Shown here in pieces: positions 56,322 through 64,000 of a stretch of 64,000 nt of DNA; positions within the stretch are counted from its first letter, which is position 1, and the number at the start of each line of letters is the position of its first letter. The stretch is from Bacteroidales bacterium (lineage in GTDB: Bacteria; Bacteroidota; Bacteroidia; Bacteroidales; JAIOZK01). The translations under genes were made by a program, and so were the position numbers. The DNA is taken from positions 100,316 to 164,315 of the forward strand of contig JAIOZK010000004.1 in the NCBI GenBank assembly GCA_021740625.1, in the 5' to 3' direction. Below the pieces are notes generated by a model, which was not told the DNA's origin, ran no database searches, and worked only from the letters and a program-made list of their open reading frames with translations.

Positions 56322-56473
56322 CCCCCGGATTCATCCGGGGGTTGCTGGATATGCCTTTTTTCTTTTGTTAGCCCGTTTTAACGGGCTTTTACATCCATGT
56401 CTTAAAGCCCGCTCAAGCGGGCTCAGGAAGAGAAAATGGAACATTTACCCATCCCCCCGGATGAATCCGGGGG
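56322..56473 (+). repeat. REP doublet of a second family: outer hairpins in inverted orientation plus two inner hairpins
   Basis: CCCCCGGA-TTCA-TCCGGGGG (56322-56341) and CCCCCGGA-TGAA-TCCGGGGG (56454-56473) are reverse complements of each other. Inner hairpins are AGCCCGTTTTAACGGGCT (56370-56387) and AGCCCGCTCAAGCGGGCT (56406-56423). Confidence 0.8.
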
Positions 56474-56678
56474 CTATCCTCATGAATGGATTATCTCACA
56501 CAATTGATCTTCAATCTCCTGCAAAAACAAAATTATCCTATCAAACTATGTTAATTAATTAACAATCAGGGGTATAAAAAATTGTCTATATTTACACCCT
56601 CAAATTTACCGGCAAAAAAACATGCGAATTTTCATAAAATGCTCATTGTGAGCTTGCGTGAATTATAATTCGAATTGT

Positions 56679-58187
56679 ATGATAAAAAAGATATTGATTG
56701 CAAACCGCGGAGAGATCGCCCTGAGGATCATGCGTTCGTGCCGTGAGATGGGCATCAAATCCGTTGCGGTCTTTTCTGAAGCAGACCGCACAGCCATGCA
56801 CGTGAGGTATGCAGATGAAGCCTATTTTATCGGTCCGGCCGCTTCCAGCGAAAGTTACCTGAACATCGGCAAAATCATCGATACGGCAATAAAATGCAAG
56901 GCCGATGCCATACATCCTGGCTACGGCTTCCTCTCGGAAAATGCAAAATTTTCGGCGCGATGTGAGAAAGAAGGGATCATCTTTATCGGTCCCAGACCTT
57001 TCGCCATAGAGACCATGGGAGATAAGCTGACGGCCCGCAAAAGCATGATCGAAGCAGGTGTCCCGGTTGTGCCCGGCACAAAAGGTGAGATCCGGGATGA
57101 AAAGGAAGCTATGAGGATGATGGAAGAGATTGGTCTGCCCCTCATGGTAAAAGCATCCGCAGGTGGTGGAGGAAAAGGCATGCGCCTGGTCAAGGAAGAA
57201 AAGGAATTCATACCGGCCCTCAACATGGCCAAATCCGAGGCCCGCAACGCCTTCGGAAATGATGCGGTTTACATCGAAAAATACATTGAGTCACCCCACC
57301 ATATCGAATTCCAGATTCTGGCCGATCAGCATGGCAATGTGATCCACCTATTCGAAAGAGAATGCTCCGTGCAGCGACGCCACCAGAAAGTGGTGGAGGA
57401 AACCCCTTCACCCATCATGACCCCGGAAGTGAGAAAAGAAATGGGAGAAAAGGCCGTGGCTGCCGCGAAAGCTGTGGATTACCAGGGTGCGGGAACCGTT
57501 GAATTCATTGTGGATGACAAGCTGAACTATTATTTCCTGGAGATGAACACCCGACTGCAGGTGGAACATCCCATCACCGAAAGGGTAGTAGGTGTTGACC
57601 TGGTGAAGGAAATGGTGCGCATTGCACAGGGAGAAAAACTATCCTATAAACAGGAAGACCTTTTCCAGCATGGGCACGCAATTGAAGTGCGTATCTATGC
57701 CGAAGATCCTGACGAGAATTTCATGCCAAGCCCTGGAGTGATCAGGCACCTGACAGAACCCCTTGGCCTGGGTGTGCGTCATGATGGTTATGTGTACGAA
57801 GGTTATGAGATCCCCATGGATTACGATCCCATGATCTCAAAGTTGATCGTATGGGGAAATACCAGGGAAGAAGCCATCAGCCGCTTGAAAAGAGCACTTT
57901 ACAATTATAAAATCACCGGTGTGAAAACCAGCATTAAATTCCTGGAGCGTATCCTGGATGTACCGGATTTTGTTGAAGGCAAATACAATACTCACTTCAT
58001 TGAGAAAAACGCCGATATACTGATGACACCCAAAAAGAGCGTAGGTGAATTCGAGGATATCGCGGTGATCGCTGCCAGTTTCGATTTTCTGAGCAAGGTA
58101 GAAAGTCTGAAAGACTGCAAGCCCAAACATGTGCTTGGAAACAACTGGAAAGATTTCGGACGGAAAAAAGCTGTATTACGGTTCTAA
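56679..58187 (+). CDS. accC: Biotin carboxylase subunit of an acyl-CoA carboxylase
   Basis: The likely start is MIKKILIANRGEIA at 56679 (the ORF track starts at 56658). An ATP-grasp motif is present (GGGGKGMRLV). Confidence 0.95.
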   Translation: MIKKILIANRGEIALRIMRSCREMGIKSVAVFSEADRTAMHVRYADEAYFIGPAASSESYLNIGKIIDTAIKCKADAIHPGYGFLSENAKFSARCEKEGIIFIGPRPFAIETMGDKLTARKSMIEAGVPVVPGTKGEIRDEKEAMRMMEEIGLPLMVKASAGGGGKGMRLVKEEKEFIPALNMAKSEARNAFGNDAVYIEKYIESPHHIEFQILADQHGNVIHLFERECSVQRRHQKVVEETPSPIMTPEVRKEMGEKAVAAAKAVDYQGAGTVEFIVDDKLNYYFLEMNTRLQVEHPITERVVGVDLVKEMVRIAQGEKLSYKQEDLFQHGHAIEVRIYAEDPDENFMPSPGVIRHLTEPLGLGVRHDGYVYEGYEIPMDYDPMISKLIVWGNTREEAISRLKRALYNYKITGVKTSIKFLERILDVPDFVEGKYNTHFIEKNADILMTPKKSVGEFEDIAVIAASFDFLSKVESLKDCKPKHVLGNNWKDFGRKKAVLRF

Positions 58188-58198
58188 ATAATTGAAAT

Positions 58199-58705
58199 AT
58201 GTCGCTTGAAGTTAATATCAACGGAAAAACCAGGGAGGTTGAAATTGAGCAAAGACAGGACAACAAAGCCTGCATCAACCTCGATGGTAAACATTTTGAA
58301 GTGGACATTGTGGAAGTGGAACCCGGTATTTATTCCATCATTCACAATGATATCAGTTATAACGTGGAGTTATTTCAAAATGGAAATGGGAAAAAGTACA
58401 CTGTCAATACGCTTTATAAAACCTATGATGTGGAGATCTTCGATGCGGAGGCCAAATACCTGAAATACCGCAAAAAGGATTTCAGCGATGACGGACGCAC
58501 CATTGCCTCGCCCATGCCGGGCAAGGTGGTGAAGATCCCGGTGAAAGTCGGAGATAAACTGAAAGCCGGTGATACCGCCATCATCGTTTCTGCCATGAAA
58601 ATGGAAAGCGAATACAAAGTGAAAAAAGACAGGGTGGTGACAGATATCCTGGTAAAAGAAGGCCAGACCATTACTGCCAACCAGCCCCTTGTTGTAATTG
58701 AATAA
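58199..58705 (+). CDS. Biotin carboxyl carrier protein (biotinyl/lipoyl domain)
   Basis: 168 aa with the C-terminal biotinylation motif SAMKMES. Confidence 0.85.
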   Translation: MSLEVNINGKTREVEIEQRQDNKACINLDGKHFEVDIVEVEPGIYSIIHNDISYNVELFQNGNGKKYTVNTLYKTYDVEIFDAEAKYLKYRKKDFSDDGRTIASPMPGKVVKIPVKVGDKLKAGDTAIIVSAMKMESEYKVKKDRVVTDILVKEGQTITANQPLVVIE

Positions 58706-58728
58706 TCTGAACATCCAAAACCTTATAT

Positions 58729-60267
58729 ATGTCAACACTTGAAGAAAAATTTAAGTTATTCGAGGACAAAAACAGCAAAGCCGAACTGGGTGGAGGCAAA
58801 GAAAGAATTGAACGCCAGCACAAGGCTGGGCGTTTGACAGCGCGTGAAAGGGTCAGCTTGCTGCTTGATCCGGGGACTTTCGTGGAAATGGACAAATTCG
58901 TTACACACAAAGCCACCGACTTCGATATGGACAAGAAGAAAATCCCGGGCGATGGTGTGGTGACAGGTTACGGCAAAATCGACGACCGCCTGGTGTATGT
59001 TTTTGCCCAGGATTTTACGGTATTTGGGGGCACCATGAGCCGCACCAATGCCAACAAGATCGTGAAAGTAATGGACCTGGCCATGCGCATGGGGGCACCC
59101 ATCATCGGGCTGAACGATTCTGGTGGCGCCCGCATACAGGAGGGCGTTGAAAGCCTCGCAGGATATGCCGATGTATTTTACCGCAACACCATGGCATCTG
59201 GTGTGGTCCCACAGATTTCTGTGATCCTGGGTCCCTGTGCCGGTGGCGCCGTGTATTCCCCGGCCATCACAGATTTCATCTGCATGGTAAAAGAAACTTC
59301 CTATATGTTCATTACCGGCCCGGATGTGATCAAAACCGTTACCCACGAAGAAGTGAGTAAGGAAGAACTGGGAGGTGCCATGTCACATAACTCCAAAAGC
59401 GGTGTGGCCCATTTCATGGCAGAAGATGATGAACAGGCATTGATGATGATGCGTGAACTGATGAGCTTTCTGCCTTCCAACAATATGGAAGATCCTCCCC
59501 TGAAGCATAATACGGATGATGTCCACAGGGAAGATGAAAAACTGCAGACCATTGTTCCCGATGATCCCAACAGACCCTATGATATAAAAGATATTATCAC
59601 CACAGTGGTTGATGATCAAAACTTCCTGGAAGTACAACCACATTATGCCGAAAATATGGTTGTCGGTTTTGGCCGCATGGATGGAAAACCAGTAGGCATT
59701 GTAGCCAATCAGCCGGCGCACCTTGCCGGTGTGCTCGACATTAACTCTTCAACCAAAGGAGCCCGCTTTGTTCGTTTTTGCGATGCGTTCAATATTCCCC
59801 TGATCACCTTTGTGGACGTTCCGGGATTTCTTCCGGGCACTGAACAGGAATTCGGCGGTATCATCAAACACGGGGCAAAACTGCTGTATGCATTCTCAGA
59901 AGCTACCGTTCCCAAAATAACCCTGATCACCAGAAAAGCTTATGGAGGTGCTTATGATGTGATGTCAAGCAAACACATCGGCGCCGATGTCAACTTTGCT
60001 TATCCCACGGCCGAAGTTGCTGTCATGGGGCCCGATGGTGCCGTGAATATTATCTTCAGGAATGCCCTCTCGGATGAAGAAAAGAAAAAGGCTGTGGAAG
60101 ATTATAAAGAAACATTTGCCAGTCCTTACAAAGCAGCCGAACTGGGTTATGTTGACGAGATCATTTACCCGAAACAAACCCGTTTCAAACTGATACAGGC
60201 GCTGGAAATGGCACAGAACAAGAGCAAGTCAAATCCGCCGAAAAAGCACGGGAATATCCCACTCTAA
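58729..60267 (+). CDS. Acyl-CoA carboxylase carboxyltransferase subunit (PccB / methylmalonyl-CoA carboxyltransferase-like)
   Basis: 512 aa with typical carboxyl-transferase N- and C-domains ([14 protein letters not shown]). Confidence 0.92.
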   Translation: MSTLEEKFKLFEDKNSKAELGGGKERIERQHKAGRLTARERVSLLLDPGTFVEMDKFVTHKATDFDMDKKKIPGDGVVTGYGKIDDRLVYVFAQDFTVFGGTMSRTNANKIVKVMDLAMRMGAPIIGLNDSGGARIQEGVESLAGYADVFYRNTMASGVVPQISVILGPCAGGAVYSPAITDFICMVKETSYMFITGPDVIKTVTHEEVSKEELGGAMSHNSKSGVAHFMAEDDEQALMMMRELMSFLPSNNMEDPPLKHNTDDVHREDEKLQTIVPDDPNRPYDIKDIITTVVDDQNFLEVQPHYAENMVVGFGRMDGKPVGIVANQPAHLAGVLDINSSTKGARFVRFCDAFNIPLITFVDVPGFLPGTEQEFGGIIKHGAKLLYAFSEATVPKITLITRKAYGGAYDVMSSKHIGADVNFAYPTAEVAVMGPDGAVNIIFRNALSDEEKKKAVEDYKETFASPYKAAELGYVDEIIYPKQTRFKLIQALEMAQNKSKSNPPKKHGNIPL

Positions 60268-60404
60268 GCTTCAGGTGTAAGGTTGACCTGCATTCCCAGA
60301 AATCAAGACCGGCTTCTTTTCTAAATTGAGCCAGGCAGATTATTCATATATTTGCATTCCTGGACCATCAGTCTTTTTAGCCTGGTTTAATCATGATCAC
60401 GAAG

Positions 60405-61700
60405 ATGAAAAAAAGATTATCCGGTATACTTTTGCTTATCCTGATCATCGGTATAACGCTGGAGTTTTCTCCCTACCTGATGGCCCCGGTATTACTGGAT
60501 CATGCCTTCAGCAGAAAGGAATACAGACAGCAACTAAAATCAGAATGGCAGAGTCTTCAGGCCGAACAAAGTGATAATAAAAATGAGGATCAATACAGGA
60601 AGGGCCTGCATGTCATTCATCCTTACCTTGGATTTGTTCACAGGCCAGGCAATGCCTACAATGAACTTGGATTTCTGGGCCCCAACCCTTTGGAGTCAGC
60701 CTCTGAAGATGTTTTGAATGTTTGTCTGACAGGCGGATCCGTGGCAAAACTGGTTTTTGAGCTGAAAGGTGAATATCTTTCTGAAAAGCTTCAACAACTG
60801 GCATCAGCCAATAATAAGATTATAAGGCTGTATTCGCTTGCACTCGGGGGGTTCAAGCAACCCCAGCAATTGATAACCATCAATTACCTGCTGTCATTGA
60901 ATGCGCATTTTGACATGGTGATCAATCTGGATGGATTTAATGAGGTAGTATTGCCCTATTCGGATAATATGCAGGCAAAAATACATCCCTCCTTTCCCAG
61001 GAATTGGAATATCATTTCAAGAAAAAGCCTTGATTTCGAGCAGCAGATCCTCCTGGCCGAGCAGGCCATGGCACGAGAGGAGAAAAAAGAGGTGCTCTCC
61101 GCATTTATCAGTTCTCCCCTGAAATATAGTAATCTGGCTTTGCTTTTCTGGAAAGTTATTGACAACAACAAAAACAAACAGATCATCTCGGCAGATGAAA
61201 AACTGAGAAAAGCACTCCGGGATAAAAATACGGATTACCAGTTAACCGGACCGGATTTTCCCTATGCAGATACAAACGAATATTTTGAAAATGAAGTTAG
61301 CATCTGGGGGAATGCCTCGCGACAACTGAATAAACTGTCGCAGGCAAAAGAGTTTGATTATTTTCATTTCCTTCAACCCAACCAGTATGTACCCGGTTCC
61401 AAAAAACTAACACGAAGGGAACTGGAAATAGCCTATATCAAAGGGCCTTCCAAGTATAAGGATGGAGTGCAAAAAGGATATCCCGTATTACGAAAAATGG
61501 GAACTGAACTAATTCGGGAGGGAATTCCCTTTGCAGACCTGAGCATGATGTTTAAAAATACAGAAGCAAGTGTTTACAATGATCAATGTTGTCATTTTAA
61601 CGATTACGGATATGAAATGATAATTGACACCATGGTTTCCTACATTGAAAGCTATTATTTAAGTGGAAAAATCAAGGATGAAAAGAATGAGATGCTTTAG
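60405..61700 (+). CDS. Hypothetical membrane-anchored protein upstream of the carbamoyltransferase triad
   Basis: The ORF runs 60393-61700; the likely start is MKKRLSGILLLILIIGITL. I recognise no family. Confidence 0.6.
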   Translation: MKKRLSGILLLILIIGITLEFSPYLMAPVLLDHAFSRKEYRQQLKSEWQSLQAEQSDNKNEDQYRKGLHVIHPYLGFVHRPGNAYNELGFLGPNPLESASEDVLNVCLTGGSVAKLVFELKGEYLSEKLQQLASANNKIIRLYSLALGGFKQPQQLITINYLLSLNAHFDMVINLDGFNEVVLPYSDNMQAKIHPSFPRNWNIISRKSLDFEQQILLAEQAMAREEKKEVLSAFISSPLKYSNLALLFWKVIDNNKNKQIISADEKLRKALRDKNTDYQLTGPDFPYADTNEYFENEVSIWGNASRQLNKLSQAKEFDYFHFLQPNQYVPGSKKLTRRELEIAYIKGPSKYKDGVQKGYPVLRKMGTELIREGIPFADLSMMFKNTEASVYNDQCCHFNDYGYEMIIDTMVSYIESYYLSGKIKDEKNEML

Positions 61701-61701
61701 C

Positions 61702-62076
61702 ATGAAAATATCCAGGAAGCAATGCTCCGACAGTGGTATGGCATTGATTCTCCTCATGCTTTTGCTGGGGTATTTCCTGGAAAAGACAATCTTTTACGAA
61801 TTGAGCATCCCGCTGGTAGTTCTCCTGATGGTAGTACCCAGGGCTTTCTATCCCTTTGCATTTGTATGGCTCGGATTTTCCTGCCTGCTGGGCAGCTTCG
61901 TCCCGAAAATAATTCTCAGCCTGATCTTTTTTATGCTGGTATTGCCAGTGGGCTTGATCAGGAGAATGCTGGGGAAAGATGACCTGGATTTGAAAAAGTT
62001 TGGAAAGGATAAATCTTCGGTCTTCCATCGAAGAAATAAAACTTATGAACTGGATGATATACGCAAACCTTATTAA
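61702..62076 (+). CDS. SxtJ-family small membrane protein
   Basis: The likely start is the ATG at 61702, directly after the upstream stop. It has about 3 TM segments and the conserved position upstream of DUF5989 and the carbamoyltransferase. Confidence 0.6.
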   Translation: MKISRKQCSDSGMALILLMLLLGYFLEKTIFYELSIPLVVLLMVVPRAFYPFAFVWLGFSCLLGSFVPKIILSLIFFMLVLPVGLIRRMLGKDDLDLKKFGKDKSSVFHRRNKTYELDDIRKPY

Positions 62077-62085
62077 TTGATCGTT

Positions 62086-62235
62086 ATGGAATTTTTGAAA
62101 GACCTCTGGTCGTTCCTGAAAATAAGAAAAAAATTCTGGCTCCTTCCCCTGATCCTGTTTCTTTTGATATTCGGGATCCTGATCGTATTATCGGGAGGAA
62201 GTGCAATTGCACCTTTCATCTATACTTTGTTTTAA
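62086..62235 (+). CDS. DUF5989 (SxtK-like) 49-aa membrane peptide
   Basis: Not in the ORF track (under 60 aa). MEFLKDLWSFLKIRKKFWLLPLILFLLIFGILIVLSGGSAIAPFIYTLF matches the family pattern from memory. Confidence 0.7.
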   Translation: MEFLKDLWSFLKIRKKFWLLPLILFLLIFGILIVLSGGSAIAPFIYTLF

Positions 62236-62261
62236 GGTAGTTGGAGAAATGAAAAACTAAT

Positions 62262-64000
62262 ATGCCGGAAATAAACCTAGGAATATCAGCATTTTATCAT
62301 GACAGCGCCGCTGCCCTTGTGATCGACGGGGAGATCATGGCTGCTGCCCAGGAAGAAAGGTTCAGCAGGAAAAAGCATGATGCCTCTTTTCCCTTTCATG
62401 CCATTGAATTTGTGATGCAGGAAGCTGCTGTGAAAACGGAAGATGTCAACAACATTGTTTTTTACGAAAAGCCTTTTATCAAATTCGAACGCCTGCTTGA
62501 AACTTACCATGCTTTTGTACCCCGGGGATTGAATAGTTTTGTTACTGCCATTCCCGTATGGATCAAAGAAAAGCTTTTCCTGAAATCAAAATTGAAAAAA
62601 GACCTGCGTAAACTGGGCTTCGAAAAACCATTGTTGTATTTCCCTGAGCACCACCTTTCGCATGCAGCCAGCGCTTATTATCCCTCTCCCTTCGAAGAGG
62701 CAGCCATCCTTACCCTGGATGGGGTCGGTGAATGGGCCACAGCGACCATCGGGCATGGAAAGGAAAACAAGATCAGTATTCTCAGGGAAATGAAATTTCC
62801 CCATTCACTGGGGCTCCTTTATTCGGCATTTACTTATTATACGGGTTTTCGTGTCAACAGCGGTGAATACAAACTCATGGGGTTGGCACCTTATGGCAAT
62901 CCTGCCGCCGGGCGGTACAAAGAATATTGCCGCCTCATCCGGGAACATCTTGTAGATATAAGGGAAGATGGTTCCATGCTTCTGAACATGGATTATTTCA
63001 GTTTTGCCACCGGGCTCAGGATGACCCGTGATAAAAAATGGGAGTCCTTGTTCGGCATTCCGCCCAGGAATCCTAAAGAAAACCTCAAAGGGGAATATAC
63101 CGATCTCGCCCTGGCCATTCAGACGATTACAGAAGAGATCATATTGAAACTGGCCCGTACGGCCCGGGAAATCACGGGTAGCAATAAGCTTGTTCTTTCA
63201 GGTGGTGTGGCACTCAACAGCGTTGCCAATGGAAAGATCCTGCAGTCAGCTATGTTCGATGATATCTGGATACAGCCGGCGGCGGGAGATGCCGGTGGTG
63301 CCCTGGGAGCTGCCCTGCTTCCTTATTATTTGAAAGAAGGCAGAAAATGCCTCAATCCCGGTCAAAGAGATGCTATGAAAGGTGCCTACCTGGGACCAGC
63401 ATTCGGGAACAACCTGTTGGAAAGCTTTGTAAAGAAACTGGATATCCCGCATGTAAGAATGGAAGATACCGGCAAGCTCTGTGCCTTTGCAGCAAAAAGG
63501 ATCAGCGAAGGTTCTGTTCTGGGATGGTTTCAGGGCAGGATGGAATTTGGTCCGCGTGCCCTGGGCAACAGGAGTATACTGGGTGATGCCAGAAATCCCG
63601 AAATGCAGAAAAAGCTGAACCTGAAGATCAAATACAGGGAAGGATTCAGGCCCTTTGCACCTTCCGTGCTGGAGGAAGATATCCAGGAATACTTTGATCT
63701 CGACAGGGCTTCCCCGTACATGTTGCTGGTTGTACCGGTGAAACAGGACAGGCGCAATGCCCTGCCGGAAGATTATTACCAGCGGGAGTTGTATGACAGA
63801 CTTTATTTCCAGCGTTCCGACATTCCTGCCGTTACCCATATTGATTTCAGCGCCCGACTGCAAAGTGTGAGTCGTAATGATAATCCATTGTACTGGAAAC
63901 TGATACATGCCTTTAAAGAACTGACCGGCTATGGTGTGTTGATCAATACAAGTTTTAATGTGCGGGGAGAACCCATCGTATGCACTCCGGAAGAAGCTTT
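62262..64000 (+). CDS. Carbamoyltransferase (NodU/CmcH/SxtI family), 3'-truncated by the window end
   Basis: The open frame runs from the ATG at 62262 to the window end. MPEINLGISAFYHDSAAALVIDGEIMAAAQEERFSRKKHD... and ...GVALNSVANGKI...IQPAAGDAGGALGAA are hallmark motifs. Confidence 0.9.
   Translation, partial: MPEINLGISAFYHDSAAALVIDGEIMAAAQEERFSRKKHDASFPFHAIEFVMQEAAVKTEDVNNIVFYEKPFIKFERLLETYHAFVPRGLNSFVTAIPVWIKEKLFLKSKLKKDLRKLGFEKPLLYFPEHHLSHAASAYYPSPFEEAAILTLDGVGEWATATIGHGKENKISILREMKFPHSLGLLYSAFTYYTGFRVNSGEYKLMGLAPYGNPAAGRYKEYCRLIREHLVDIREDGSMLLNMDYFSFATGLRMTRDKKWESLFGIPPRNPKENLKGEYTDLALAIQTITEEIILKLARTAREITGSNKLVLSGGVALNSVANGKILQSAMFDDIWIQPAAGDAGGALGAALLPYYLKEGRKCLNPGQRDAMKGAYLGPAFGNNLLESFVKKLDIPHVRMEDTGKLCAFAAKRISEGSVLGWFQGRMEFGPRALGNRSILGDARNPEMQKKLNLKIKYREGFRPFAPSVLEEDIQEYFDLDRASPYMLLVVPVKQDRRNALPEDYYQRELYDRLYFQRSDIPAVTHIDFSARLQSVSRNDNPLYWKLIHAFKELTGYGVLINTSFNVRGEPIVCTPEEA

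Noticed and set aside
56365-56562. 65-aa ORF across the REP doublet
   Set aside because: It reads through four palindromic hairpins and is a typical spurious ORF in REP sequence.
60326-60574. 82-aa ORF overlapping the start of the 435-aa gene
   Set aside because: It is out of frame with the longer ORF, which has a convincing signal-anchor start. There is no independent support.
1-64000. Search by eye for tRNA, rRNA, tmRNA, RNase P, CRISPR, integrase/recombinase, toxin-antitoxin or known defence genes
   Set aside because: None recognised. Absence of small RNAs cannot be guaranteed without tRNAscan-SE or Infernal.

Overview
About 64 kb of a Bacteroidota-type chromosome, judged from TAnnTTTG -7 promoter boxes, SprA, and T9SS type A and type B sorting domains. 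Most genes are recognisable housekeeping: ruvA, maeB, mdh, a sirtuin, recX, prfB with its +1 frameshift, fumC, fba, ruvB, queG, a PhoB/PhoR-like two-component pair, ispB, a biotin carboxylase/BCCP/carboxyltransferase operon, and an SxtJ/DUF5989/carbamoyltransferase triad. Three regions are unusual. (1) An AT-rich 11.7-kb island (about 11.4-23.1 kb) is bracketed by 175-bp near-identical direct repeats that duplicate the promoter and first 36 codons of an ArsC/Spx-family gene. The island carries an uncharacterised envelope module: two translationally coupled TPR-TM-AraC regulators, small lipoproteins, an Ig-repeat protein, a 4-TM protein and two CsgG/LpoB-like proteins. A compact, diverged paralogous copy of this module lies in inverted orientation at 29.2-35.1 kb. 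The three structural operons share a conserved promoter-proximal motif. I consider this the best candidate for an undescribed system, but its function cannot be read from the sequence. (2) At 45.25-47.9 kb, an IS200-like Y1 (RAYT-type) transposase gene sits inside about 2.2 kb of modular, same-orientation REP hairpin arrays (GC-rich stems with TGAA loops), with a duplicated terminal module. A second REP doublet with the same loop lies at 56.3 kb. (3) An AT-rich orphan ORF between fumC and an ArnT-like glycosyltransferase is bracketed by inverted GCAGT-rich low-complexity repeats. I recognised no rRNA, tRNA, CRISPR array, integrase or phage genes. All family names come from reading motifs by eye; no database search was run.
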